From positions 1 to 59,830 of the forward strand of contig DATFLZ010000176.1 in assembly GCA_035267205.1 (NCBI GenBank): DNA of 59,830 bases, given 5' to 3'. The translations under genes were made by a program, and so were the position numbers. Positions 1-9,116 of this stretch are shown in pieces (the first letter of the stretch is position 1; the number at the start of each line of letters is the position of its first letter). Below the pieces are notes generated by a model, which was not told the DNA's origin, ran no database searches, and saw only the letters and a list, made by a program, of their open reading frames with translations. The stretch is from Solirubrobacterales bacterium. GTDB taxonomy: Bacteria; Actinomycetota; Thermoleophilia; Solirubrobacterales; 70-9.

Positions 1-1355
1 CGGAAGACCGCGCTTCAGGGGCGAAGTCGCGTCGCTGGCTGCCGCTCGCGCTCGTCGTGGTCGCGACCCTGATCGGGATCCTCGCCATCCTCGCGATCTG
101 GGCCAAGCGCCAGGTGCTCGAGACGGACAGCTGGACCGAGACCAGCACGGCCCTGCTCGAGGATGAGGTGATCCGCGACCGGCTCGCCGGCTTCCTGGTC
201 GATGAGCTCTACGACAACGTCGACGTGCAGGCCGAGATCGCCGGCCAGCTCCCAGTCGCCGCCCGGCCGCTCGCCGGCCCCGCCGCGGGAGCTCTTCGAC
301 AGGCGGCCGACGAGGTCGCCAAGCGGGCGCTGGAGCGACCGGCCGTGCAGGGCCTCTGGGAGGACGCAAACCGCACCGCCCATCAAGCCTTCATCAAGGT
401 GGTCGAGGGCGGGGGCGACAACGTCTCCACCGAGGGCGGCGACGTGGTCCTCAACCTCAGCACGATTCTGACCGAGCTGACCGCCCAGCTCGGCCTGCCC
501 GACGGCCTCGCCGACAAGCTGCCACCGGACGCCGCGAACCTGGAGATCATCCAATCCGACGAGCTCGAGGTGGCGCAAGACGCCGTTGACCTGCTCGAGA
601 CCCTTGCCTGGGTGCTCACCGTGTTGGCGCTCGGCCTCTACGGCCTCGCGGTCTTCGTCTCCGGCGAGCGCCGGCGCGAGACCCTCCGGTCGGTCGGGTT
701 CGGGTTCGTTGCGATGGGCCTCATCGTCCTCTTCGTCCAGCATGCCGCCGGGAACGCGATCGTCGAGTCCCTGGCCGAGACCTCGGCGGGCGAGCCGGCC
801 GTGGCCAATGTGTGGGAGATCGGTACCTCGATGCTCGTCGAGGGGGCCGGGGCCGTGATCCTCTACGGGATCGCGATCGTCTTCGCCGCCTGGCTGGCAG
901 GCCCGACCCGGATCGCGACCAGGGCTCGCTACGCGCTCGCGCCCTATCTGCGCCAGCCGCGGCTCGCCTACGCCGGGCTCCTGCTCCTGCTCGTCCTGCT
1001 CTTCTGGTGGTCCCCGACCCCGGCCACCGATCGCTTCCTGCCCTCGCTGCTGCTGATCGGCTTCCTGGTGCTCGGCACCGAGATGCTGCGCCGCCGGACC
1101 GCCGTGGAGTTTCCCGAGCGGGTGACCACCGCCTCGCCGGCGGGCATGGCTCAGACGATGGCTCAGCAGACGCGCGAATCGATCAGCTCGCGCGTTCGCG
1201 CTCGGGCCGAGCGCCAGGAGAGCGAGGCGGCTGCCTCGCGATTGGAGGCGCTCGAGCGTCTCGCGCGGCTGCGCGAGACCGGCGCGCTCAGCGAGGCCGA
1301 GTTCGAGGCTGAGAAGACGAGGCTGGTCGACCCAGCGACGGAGGTGGAGCAGTAA
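1..1355 (+). CDS. Polytopic membrane protein with a C-terminal SHOCT-like motif; the 5' end is probably outside the window
   Basis: ORF 57..1355 stays open in frame back to nt 3 with no canonical start. It has several hydrophobic helices (LIGILAILAIW, LAWVLTVLALGLYGLAVFV, LLLLLVLLFWW). The C-terminal LRETGALSEAEFEAEKTRL resembles SHOCT. GC3 is high. Confidence 0.6.
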   Translation, partial: EDRASGAKSRRWLPLALVVVATLIGILAILAIWAKRQVLETDSWTETSTALLEDEVIRDRLAGFLVDELYDNVDVQAEIAGQLPVAARPLAGPAAGALRQAADEVAKRALERPAVQGLWEDANRTAHQAFIKVVEGGGDNVSTEGGDVVLNLSTILTELTAQLGLPDGLADKLPPDAANLEIIQSDELEVAQDAVDLLETLAWVLTVLALGLYGLAVFVSGERRRETLRSVGFGFVAMGLIVLFVQHAAGNAIVESLAETSAGEPAVANVWEIGTSMLVEGAGAVILYGIAIVFAAWLAGPTRIATRARYALAPYLRQPRLAYAGLLLLLVLLFWWSPTPATDRFLPSLLLIGFLVLGTEMLRRRTAVEFPERVTTASPAGMAQTMAQQTRESISSRVRARAERQESEAAASRLEALERLARLRETGALSEAEFEAEKTRLVDPATEVEQ

Positions 1356-1924
1356 TGGAGTCGTCAGCGCGCGGACCCCTTGCCGAGGCGGCGAAGCAGG
1401 CGAGCAGGCTCTGGTGGCTGTGGCTCGTCTTCGGCGCGGTCTGGAGCGTGATCGCGGTCGTCATCCTCCAGTTCGACGACGCATCGATCACCACGGTCGG
1501 CGTGCTGATCGGGCTGATGTTCTTCGTCGCCGCTCTCCAGGCGGCGGCCGGGGCGGTCCTCGCCGCCCGGCACGGATGGGTCTACGGCGTCTTCGCCTTC
1601 CTCTTCGTGATCGCCGGCTTCGTGACGCTGATCAGTCCTGAGGACACCTTCGCCGCGCTCGCCGACATCCTCGGCTTCCTCTTTCTGATCGTCGCCGTCT
1701 CCTGGATCTTCGAGGCGTTCATGTGGCGCGAGGAGAACGAGTTCTGGTGGGTGGGGCTGATCGGCGGCGTGCTGATGCTGGTCCTGGCCTTCTGGACGGC
1801 CGGCCAGTTCTTCATCGACAAGGAGTACCTGCTGCTGGTCTTCGCTGGCATCTGGGCGCTGATGCGGGGGATCACCGACTTCGTCAGGGCCTTCGCGATC
1901 CGCGAGATCGGTAGGCAGCTATAA
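1355..1924 (+). CDS. HdeD/DUF308-family membrane protein
   Basis: 189 aa with six hydrophobic segments. N-terminus WWLWLVFGAVWSVIAVVILQF is typical of DUF308. The ATG overlaps the upstream stop (TAATG). Confidence 0.7.
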   Translation: MESSARGPLAEAAKQASRLWWLWLVFGAVWSVIAVVILQFDDASITTVGVLIGLMFFVAALQAAAGAVLAARHGWVYGVFAFLFVIAGFVTLISPEDTFAALADILGFLFLIVAVSWIFEAFMWREENEFWWVGLIGGVLMLVLAFWTAGQFFIDKEYLLLVFAGIWALMRGITDFVRAFAIREIGRQL

Positions 1925-1932
1925 GCAGCGGG

Positions 1933-3366
1933 GTGTCGGCCGACGGCGAGCTCGGTCCCCTGATCGCGGAGACCGGCGCGGGGCTGACGCCGGAGGAGCG
2001 GAAGGAGCGCGGTAGGGCGGCGCGCAAGCGGGCACCGCGATCCTCCCACGCGGACTGGGAGCCACCGCCGGGGCGACGCGACCCTCTGGATGTGCTGATC
2101 TCGCAGGACGGGGACCGGGTCGACTTCCTGGTGCCGATCCGGCATCGGCGGATGGGCGCATCCCCGTTCACCTTCTACCGGGGAACTGCCGCGATCATGG
2201 CCGGCGACCTCGGCGTCAGCCCCTCGAGCGGCCTGTGGACCCAGATCTGCGGGGACGCCCACCTCTCGAACTTTGGCGTGTTCGCATCACCGGAGCGCGA
2301 GCTCGTCTTCGACGTCAACGACTTCGACGAAACTCTGGTTGGGCCGTGGGAGTGGGACATCAAGCGCCTCGCCGCGAGTCTCGTGCTGGCGGGCCGCGAC
2401 ATCGGCCTGCCGCCCGAGCGCGCCCGAGCGGCGGCGCGGGCCTCGGTCGCCAGCTACCAGCGGGCGATGCGTGCGTTCGGCTCGATGAGCACTCTTGAGC
2501 TGTGGTATGACCGCTTCACGGCCGACGACATCCGCGGCTACGTCGGCGTAGCGGCGCACGACAAGCATTTCGACCGGGGTGTCCGCCGGGCCCGCAGGCG
2601 AACGTCGCTGCGCAGCTTCGAGAAGCTCGGAGAGGTGGTCGACGGGCGGCCGCGCTTGCGTAGCGATCCGCCGCTGCTGATCCCGTTCAGGGACCTTGTG
2701 GGCGACTATGCGCCCGGCGACTGGGAGGAGCGGGTGCGGAATGCCTACGAGCAGTACCTGGCGACTCTGTCCGATGAGCGGCAGGCACTGCTGTCGCGGT
2801 TCGAGATGGTCGACATCGCGCTCAAGGTGGTCGGCGTCGGCAGCGTCGGAACGCGTTGCTTCGTCGCCCTGATGATCGGCCGGAACCCCGATGACCCACT
2901 ACTGCTCCAGGTCAAGGAGGCCGGACCCTCGGCGCTCAGCGATGCGCTCGGGCCGACCCGGTACGACAACCAGGGGCGCCGCGTTGTCGAAGGCCAGCGC
3001 CTGATGCAGGCGTTTGGCGATGCGCTCCTCGGCTGGTCGCGCGTCGGCGATGGGCGGCGGGACTTCTACTGGCGCCAGCTCAAGGACATGAAGGGCTCCG
3101 CCGACGTCGAGGCGATGGATGGGGACCGGCTCGTCGGCTATGCCCGGATCTGCGGCAGGACGCTGGCCCGCGCTCATGCGCGGGCGGGCGATTCAGTCGC
3201 GATCGCGGGCTATCTGGGCAAGAGCGATACCTTCGCCCGCGCGATCACGCGCTTCGCCGAGCTCTACGCGGACCGCGCCGAGGCCGACTACCGGCGCTTC
3301 GCGGAAGCGCTCGACGCGGGGGACGTGGAAAGTCGCGCCCCGGCCGAAGCGCCGGTGCAGGAGTAG
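1933..3366 (+). CDS. DUF2252 domain-containing protein
   Basis: 477 aa. The N-terminal region PIRHRRMGASPFTFYRGTAAIMAGDL matches my recollection of DUF2252. Coding bias is strong. Confidence 0.75.
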   Translation: MSADGELGPLIAETGAGLTPEERKERGRAARKRAPRSSHADWEPPPGRRDPLDVLISQDGDRVDFLVPIRHRRMGASPFTFYRGTAAIMAGDLGVSPSSGLWTQICGDAHLSNFGVFASPERELVFDVNDFDETLVGPWEWDIKRLAASLVLAGRDIGLPPERARAAARASVASYQRAMRAFGSMSTLELWYDRFTADDIRGYVGVAAHDKHFDRGVRRARRRTSLRSFEKLGEVVDGRPRLRSDPPLLIPFRDLVGDYAPGDWEERVRNAYEQYLATLSDERQALLSRFEMVDIALKVVGVGSVGTRCFVALMIGRNPDDPLLLQVKEAGPSALSDALGPTRYDNQGRRVVEGQRLMQAFGDALLGWSRVGDGRRDFYWRQLKDMKGSADVEAMDGDRLVGYARICGRTLARAHARAGDSVAIAGYLGKSDTFARAITRFAELYADRAEADYRRFAEALDAGDVESRAPAEAPVQE

Positions 3367-3381
3367 ATCGCCCCCGGGGCG

Positions 3382-3409
3382 CCTAGCCTCATGCATCGTC
3401 GAGGCTAGG
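3382..3409. terminator. Hairpin between convergent genes; possible bidirectional terminator
   Basis: Perfect 9-bp inverted repeat CCTAGCCTC (3382-3390) / GAGGCTAGG (3401-3409) with a 10-nt loop. It overlaps the stop of the minus-strand aldehyde dehydrogenase. There is no clear U tract. Confidence 0.4.
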
Positions 3410-4916
3410 ACTCCGAGTACTCGGAGTAGGGGTACCACCACTCCTTGCGCTCGATTGCCGTCTCCATGTGGACGTGCTTGGTCTCCTGGAAGGCCTCGAG
3501 GCCCTCGCGGCCGAGCTCGCGGCCGAGGCCCGACTGCTTGAAGCCCCCGAACGGCCCGGCATCGTTGTCGGTCAGTGGATCGTTGATCCACACGGTGCCC
3601 GCCCTGAGCTCACGCATACAGCGCACCGCGGTGGCCAGGTCGCGCGTGTAGACGTTGGCGCCGAGCCCGAAGCGGGTGCCGTTGGCGAGCTCGATCGCCT
3701 CGTCGAGGCCCTTGACCGGAACTATGGGGGCGACGGGCCCGAACGTCTCCTCGCGGAGCAGGTCGGTCTCCGCGGGGGCGCCGGTGACGACCGCCGGGGC
3801 GTAGAAGTGCCCGCGCTGCTGACCGCCGCTGTCGCCGCCGACGAGGATCTCGGCGCCCGCCTCGACGGCCGCCCCGACCTGGGCGACGACCTTCTCGCGC
3901 TGTGGCCCGGAGACCATCGGGCCCAGATCGGTTGTGGGCTCCATCGGATCGCCGAGGACCAGCCCACGCGTGTGCTCGACGAAGGCCGCCACGTAGTCGT
4001 CGTAGATGTCCTGCTGGACATAGAAGCGCTCCGCCGACGTGCAGACCTGGCCGGCGTTCAGGTAGGCGGCCCAGGCGCCGCCGCGGGCGGCGATCTCCAG
4101 CTGCTCGGCGGAGTCGATATCGCCACAGACGATGAACGGGTCCTTGCCGCCCATCTCGAGGTTGACCCGCGCGACCCGCTCGGCGCAGGCGAGCGCCACG
4201 CTCTTGCCCGTGGCGACGGAGCCGGTGATCGCGACGCAGTCGACATCCTCGTGAGCGGCGAGCGCCGCTCCGGTCCCGCCGCCTCCGACGAGGATGTTCA
4301 CGACGCCCGCCGGGAGCGCCTCGAAGGTTGGCGCCAGCGCGAGGGTCGATAGCGGCGTCAGCTCGGACGGCTTGGCGACCGTCGTGTTGCCCGCCGCGAG
4401 CGCCGGCGCGAGCTTCCAGCTCAACAGGAGCAGCGGGTAGTTCCAGGGCACGATGCAGCCGACCACGCCGAGCGGGTCCTTGACCACCATCGCCAGCTGG
4501 GTCGACTCGATCGGCGGGATCACGCGGCCGGCGGAGTCGCGGCCGATCTCCGCGTAGTAGTCGAAGCAGGCGGCGCACCACTCGATCTCGTCGCGGTTCT
4601 CGACCCGCGGTTTGCCGCCCTCGACGGTCATCAGGGCGGCGAGCTCGTCCTGGCGCTCGCGCAGCGAGCGCGCGACCTCGTGCAGGAGCTCGCCACGTTC
4701 GCCGGCGGGCATCGTCGCCCAGGCCTTCCAGGCTCCGCGGGCGGCGCCGATCGCGGCGTCGAGCTGCTCGGGCGCGGCCGACCCAACGCTCGCCAGCGTC
4801 TCCTCGCTGTAGGGATTCTCCACCTCGATCGGGGCGCCGTCGCCGGCGAGGAGCTCCCCTCCGATCAGCAGCTCGGTTCCGGCCTCCATCTCTCCTCGGA
4901 TGTTGCCGCGCCCCAT
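3405..4916 (-). CDS. NAD(P)-dependent aldehyde dehydrogenase; candidate aminobutyraldehyde dehydrogenase
   Basis: 503 aa with ALDH family motifs (VNLEMGGKDP, catalytic GQVCTSAERF). It is the last gene of the polyamine ABC operon. Confidence 0.9.
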   Translation of the reverse strand: MGRGNIRGEMEAGTELLIGGELLAGDGAPIEVENPYSEETLASVGSAAPEQLDAAIGAARGAWKAWATMPAGERGELLHEVARSLRERQDELAALMTVEGGKPRVENRDEIEWCAACFDYYAEIGRDSAGRVIPPIESTQLAMVVKDPLGVVGCIVPWNYPLLLLSWKLAPALAAGNTTVAKPSELTPLSTLALAPTFEALPAGVVNILVGGGGTGAALAAHEDVDCVAITGSVATGKSVALACAERVARVNLEMGGKDPFIVCGDIDSAEQLEIAARGGAWAAYLNAGQVCTSAERFYVQQDIYDDYVAAFVEHTRGLVLGDPMEPTTDLGPMVSGPQREKVVAQVGAAVEAGAEILVGGDSGGQQRGHFYAPAVVTGAPAETDLLREETFGPVAPIVPVKGLDEAIELANGTRFGLGANVYTRDLATAVRCMRELRAGTVWINDPLTDNDAGPFGGFKQSGLGRELGREGLEAFQETKHVHMETAIERKEWWYPYSEYSES

Positions 4917-4929
4917 CCCCGCCGGCTGA

Positions 4930-6016
4930 TCAGCCGCCGCTGATCAGCTGCTGCCAGGCGTCCTCGACCTCGTCGACGCCGTCCTCGGGCGGGTTGTCGA
5001 TCGTCGAGCAGTCGCCCGTGAACTGGTCGTCGGGGAAGATCAGCTCACTGTCGGCGAGGCTGGGCTCCTCGCGCTCGAAGATCTCCTGAACGCCCTCGAC
5101 CGGCGTGATGTAGTTGTTGTACGCCGCGATCTGAGCCTGATTCTCGGGCTCGTAGACGTAGTTCATGAACGCGTAGGCCGCGTCCGGGTTCGGCGCCCCG
5201 ACCGGAATCACCATGTTGTCCGACCACAGCAGACAGCCATCCTCCGGCTTGACGAACTCGATGTCGGGGTTGTCGGCCTGCAGCTGGATCGCATCGCCGG
5301 ACCAGCCGAGTGCGATCACCGCGTCGCCGCGGGCGATGTCGTCGGTGTAGTCATTGCCGGTCAGCTTGCGGATCTGACCGGACTTGACCGCCCCGTCGAG
5401 CTTGTCGATTGCGTCGAGCCAGTCCTGCGTCGTTGCCTCCGCGGGATCGATGCCCTCGCCGAGAAGGATCATCGGGATCGTGTCGCGAAGCTCGGTCAGT
5501 ACCGTCACCTTGCCCTTGTACTTGGGATCGAAGATGGCGTTGATCGAGGTCACGTCCGGCGCTTCCTTGGTGTTGACCACGAGACCGGTTAGGCCGCTCT
5601 GCCAGGGCATGGTGTACGAGCGATCCGGGTCGATCGCCGTGGTCTCCAGCGATCCGAGCAGGTTCTCGTACGCGGTCGGGATCGCCTCCTTGTCCAGGTT
5701 CTGGAGGTACCCGAGGTCATACATCTTCTTCGCCATCCAGTCGCTGACGACGATGATCGAGCGGTCCGCGGACTCACCGTTCTGGAGATCGGGACGGAGC
5801 TTCGCGAAGATCTCGTTGTTGTCGTTGACGTCCTCGATGTAGCGGACCTTGACGCCCGCCTCCTCCTCGAACTCGGGCACGGTCTTGCGGTCGATGTAGA
5901 ACGGCCACTGGGAGATGACCAGGTCGCCGCCGACCTCGCCGGTCGCCTCGGCGGTCGTGACCTCCTCGTCGCTGCCCCCGCCGCCGAGGTCGCTGCCGCA
6001 CGCCGCCAGCAGCACG
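4930..6016 (-). repeat. Duplicated binding-protein gene body; paralogous to 7965..9051 at a constant 3035-nt offset
   Basis: Collinear similarity by eye with no indels. Includes an exact 77-nt identity, 5099-5175 = 8134-8210. Confidence 0.85.
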
Positions 6017-6099
6017 CTCGCGACCAGCGCGGTCGCGATCACCGCCAGTCGTCGCGCCCATCCGCTCACAGGTCCCGTGTCCATCTGCCCACTCCTCAT
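4930..6099 (-). CDS. Spermidine/putrescine ABC transporter substrate-binding lipoprotein (copy 2)
   Basis: This is the C-terminal 389 codons of the artefactual 705-aa ORF. ATG at 6099 (MRSGQMDTG...). Lipobox LLAAC followed by GSDLGGGGSDE. It is close to identical to the 7965..9116 product. Has a PotD/PotF-like fold signature. Confidence 0.85.
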   Translation of the reverse strand: MRSGQMDTGPVSGWARRLAVIATALVASVLLAACGSDLGGGGSDEEVTTAEATGEVGGDLVISQWPFYIDRKTVPEFEEEAGVKVRYIEDVNDNNEIFAKLRPDLQNGESADRSIIVVSDWMAKKMYDLGYLQNLDKEAIPTAYENLLGSLETTAIDPDRSYTMPWQSGLTGLVVNTKEAPDVTSINAIFDPKYKGKVTVLTELRDTIPMILLGEGIDPAEATTQDWLDAIDKLDGAVKSGQIRKLTGNDYTDDIARGDAVIALGWSGDAIQLQADNPDIEFVKPEDGCLLWSDNMVIPVGAPNPDAAYAFMNYVYEPENQAQIAAYNNYITPVEGVQEIFEREEPSLADSELIFPDDQFTGDCSTIDNPPEDGVDEVEDAWQQLISGG

Positions 6100-6146
6100 C
6101 TCGGTTATCAGACCACCTGAAACTCTATCCACCCGCCCGGCTCCGC

Positions 6147-7031
6147 TCAGGCCGATTCGCTGCTGCCGGCCACCGGCCGCTGCCCCGAGGCGAGCGCCGA
6201 GAGCCCCGTGTCCTCGTCGTCGGGCCGGGTCGCGGCCAGCTTCTCGGCCCGCCGCTGCTGCCAGACCGTGAAGCCCATTGCGATCGCGGTGACGATGAAC
6301 AGGATCGTCGCGAGGACGTTGACCTCGACCGGGATCCCGCGCTGGGAGGCCCCGAAGATGAACAACGGGAAGGTCACCGTCGTCCCCGAGTTGAAGTTGG
6401 AGATCACGAAGTCGTCCAGGGAGAGGGCGAAGGCGAGCATCGCTGCGGCTGCGAGGCCGGGAGTGAGCAGCGGCAGGGTCACCGTCCTGAACGTCGTCCA
6501 CGGCGTCGCCCCGAGATCGCGCGCGGCCTCCTCGAGCGAGCGATCGAAGCCGATCAGCCGCGAACGCACGACCACGACGACGAAGCTGATCGAGAACATG
6601 ATGTGGGCGACCCAGAGCGTGGAGAAGCCCCGGTCGACGCCGATGAACACGAACATCGAGAGCAGCGAGGCGCCGAGCACGACCTCGGGCGTCGCCATCG
6701 GGATCACGATCAGCAGGTTGGCGAAGCGCCGGCCCTTGAACTGGTAGCGAACCAGCCCCATCGCCAGCAAGGTGCCGAGCGCTGTCGCGACGATCATCGA
6801 GACGAAGGCGAGCTGGATGCTGAGCACGAGCGCCTCGGTCAGCTCGGGAATTCCGAACGCGTTTTTCCAGTGCTCGAGCGTGAAGCCCTCCCAGGTGAAG
6901 TTGAACTTGCCCTGGGGGTCGTTGAAGGAGAAGACGGCGATCACGATGATCGGGATCAGCGTGTAGGCCACGGCGAGGATCCCGACGCCCATCACCGCGT
7001 GCTCGCGGACCCATTTCCAGGCGCGGCTCAC
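6147..7031 (-). CDS. Polyamine ABC transporter permease (PotC-like)
   Basis: 294 aa, six TM segments, EAA-type loop (SLEEAARDLGATPWTTFRTVTLP). 4-nt overlap with the upstream permease. Confidence 0.9.
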   Translation of the reverse strand: MSRAWKWVREHAVMGVGILAVAYTLIPIIVIAVFSFNDPQGKFNFTWEGFTLEHWKNAFGIPELTEALVLSIQLAFVSMIVATALGTLLAMGLVRYQFKGRRFANLLIVIPMATPEVVLGASLLSMFVFIGVDRGFSTLWVAHIMFSISFVVVVVRSRLIGFDRSLEEAARDLGATPWTTFRTVTLPLLTPGLAAAAMLAFALSLDDFVISNFNSGTTVTFPLFIFGASQRGIPVEVNVLATILFIVTAIAMGFTVWQQRRAEKLAATRPDDEDTGLSALASGQRPVAGSSESA

Positions 7032-7888
7032 GGGACCTGATCCTCACCCATCAGCGACTCGGAGCCCGCGAACCGGATATAGAGCAGGACGATCGCGAGG
7101 ATCACCGCCATCACCACGAACGAGAGGGCCGCTGCGGTCGGGTAGTTCTGCGTGCGCAGGTACTGATCCTGGATCACGTTTCCGATCATCGCCTGGTTCG
7201 GGCCGCCCAGGAAGGTCGCGTTGACGTAGTCACCGAACGCCGGGATGAACGTGAGCAGCGTGCCGGCGATGATGCCCGGCGCCGAGAGCGGCAGGGTCAC
7301 CTTGACGAAAGCTGAGCGGGCGCTCGAGTAGAGGTCCTTGGCCGCCTCGATCAGGCGCTCGTCGAGCTGCTCGAGGCTCGCGTAGATCGGCAGCACCATG
7401 AACGGCAGGAAGTTGTAGGTGATCCCCATGATCACCGAGAAGTCCGTGTCGAGCAGCTTGCCGTCCTCGGGGATGAAGGCGAAGAAGCGCGCGATGTCGG
7501 CGATCGTGCCGCTGTCGGTGAGGATCGTCTGCCAGGCGAGGGTCCGGATCAGATAGGTCGTGAAGAACGGGGCGACGACCGCGAACAGCATCAGGTTCTT
7601 CCAGCGGCCGGACTTGAAGGCGATCGCGTAGGCGAGGGGGTAGGCGATCAGCAGGCAGAGGATCGTCGCGATGATCGAGAACTTGAACGAACGCCCGAAC
7701 TGCGTGCTGAAGTCGCCGACCGACTCGGTGAAGTTCGCGAACTGCCAGGTCAGCGAGAACCCCGTGTCGATCGATCCCTCCTCGAGCGCCACGATCAGCA
7801 TGAACGCCATCGGGATCGCGAAGAAGATCAGGAGCCAGAACAGCCCCGGGCTCATCAGGGCATAGGGCGTGAGGCGACGACGCTTCAT
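7028..7888 (-). CDS. Polyamine ABC transporter permease (PotB-like)
   Basis: 286 aa, TM-rich, EAA loop (LIEAAKDLYSSARSAFVKVTLP). Confidence 0.9.
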   Translation of the reverse strand: MKRRRLTPYALMSPGLFWLLIFFAIPMAFMLIVALEEGSIDTGFSLTWQFANFTESVGDFSTQFGRSFKFSIIATILCLLIAYPLAYAIAFKSGRWKNLMLFAVVAPFFTTYLIRTLAWQTILTDSGTIADIARFFAFIPEDGKLLDTDFSVIMGITYNFLPFMVLPIYASLEQLDERLIEAAKDLYSSARSAFVKVTLPLSAPGIIAGTLLTFIPAFGDYVNATFLGGPNQAMIGNVIQDQYLRTQNYPTAAALSFVVMAVILAIVLLYIRFAGSESLMGEDQVP

Positions 7889-7964
7889 CGGGGGCCCACC
7901 CCGGTGCTCTCGCGTCGTCGCCTCAACCCATTACCTCCCTCAGACCGTGCAGACCGAGCGCTGA

Positions 7965-9051
7965 TCAGCCGCCGCTGAGCAGCTGCTGCCAGGCTTCCTC
8001 GACCTCGGTCGTGCCGTCCTCCGGCGGGTTGGTCTGCGTCGAGCAGTCCGCCGTGTACTCGTTGCTCGGGAAGATCAGCTCGCTCTCCGCGAGCTTGGGA
8101 TCGTCCTGCTCGAAGATCTCCTGAACTCCCTTCACCGGCGTGATGTAGTTGTTGTACGCCGCGATCTGAGCCTGATTCTCGGGCTCGTAGACGTAGTTCA
8201 TGAACGCGTATGCGGCGTCCGGGTTCGGCGCCCCGACCGGGATCACCATGTTGTCCGACCAGAGGATGCAGCCCGAGTCCGGCATCACGAACTCGATGTC
8301 CGGGTTGTCGGCCTGCAGCTGGACGGCGTCTCCGGACCAGCCGATCGTCACGACCGCGTCTCCGCGGGCCAGGTCGTCGGTGTAGTCATTGCCGGTGAGC
8401 TTGCGGATCTGGCCGGACTTGACCGCCTTGTCGAGCTTGTCGATCGCGTCGAGCCAGTCCTGGGTGGTCGCATCGTCGGGGTTGATCCCCTCCGACTTCA
8501 TGATCAGCGGCACGGTGTCGCGCAGCTCGGTGAGAACGGTGACCTTGCCCTTGTACGCGGGATCGAAGATCGCATCGATCGAGGTCGCGTCCGGAGCCTC
8601 CTTGGTGTTGACCACGAGGCCGGTCATGCCGCTCTGCCAGGGAACGCTGAACTCGCGCCCCGGATCGAACGACGGATCCTTGAGCGAGTCGATCATGTTC
8701 TCGTTGACCGTCGGGATCGCGTCCTTGTCGACGTTCTGGAGGTAGCCGAGGTCGTACATCTTCTTCGCCATCCAGTCGGTGACGACGATGATCGAGCGGT
8801 CCGCGGACTCGCCGTTCTGAAGGTCCGGCCGGAGCTTCGCAAAGATCTCGTTGTTGTCGTTGACGTCCTCGATGTAGTCGACCTTGACGCCCGCCTCCTT
8901 CTCGAACTCCGGCACGGTCTTGCGGTCGATGTAGAACGGCCACTGGGAGATGACGAGCTCGCCGCCGACCTCGCCGGTCGCCTCGGCCGTGGTCGCGTCC
9001 TCGTCGCTGCCGCCGCCTCCGAGGTCGCTGCCGCATGCCGCGAGCAGCACC
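7965..9051 (-). repeat. Partner copy of the duplicated binding-protein gene body (see 4930..6016)
   Basis: Same evidence as the partner copy; exact 77-nt block at 8134-8210. Confidence 0.85.
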
Positions 9052-9116
9052 GCCGCTCCCAGCGTCAAGAGAACCGCGAGCAGCCCTCGTCCAGATCCAG
9101 CCCCGTTGCGTTTCAT
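7965..9116 (-). CDS. Spermidine/putrescine ABC transporter substrate-binding lipoprotein (copy 1)
   Basis: 383 aa with a signal peptide and lipobox LLAAC. Paralog of 4930..6099. 4-nt overlap with the ATPase gene. Confidence 0.9.
   Translation of the reverse strand: MKRNGAGSGRGLLAVLLTLGAAVLLAACGSDLGGGGSDEDATTAEATGEVGGELVISQWPFYIDRKTVPEFEKEAGVKVDYIEDVNDNNEIFAKLRPDLQNGESADRSIIVVTDWMAKKMYDLGYLQNVDKDAIPTVNENMIDSLKDPSFDPGREFSVPWQSGMTGLVVNTKEAPDATSIDAIFDPAYKGKVTVLTELRDTVPLIMKSEGINPDDATTQDWLDAIDKLDKAVKSGQIRKLTGNDYTDDLARGDAVVTIGWSGDAVQLQADNPDIEFVMPDSGCILWSDNMVIPVGAPNPDAAYAFMNYVYEPENQAQIAAYNNYITPVKGVQEIFEQDDPKLAESELIFPSNEYTADCSTQTNPPEDGTTEVEEAWQQLLSGG

Noticed and set aside
4930-7047. 705-aa ORF in the track that looks like one giant protein
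   Set aside because: Its N-terminal 316 codons are R/G/D-rich shadow sequence lying out of frame over the permease gene 6147..7031. Only the last 389 codons, from the ATG at 6099 (signal peptide plus lipobox), match a binding protein.
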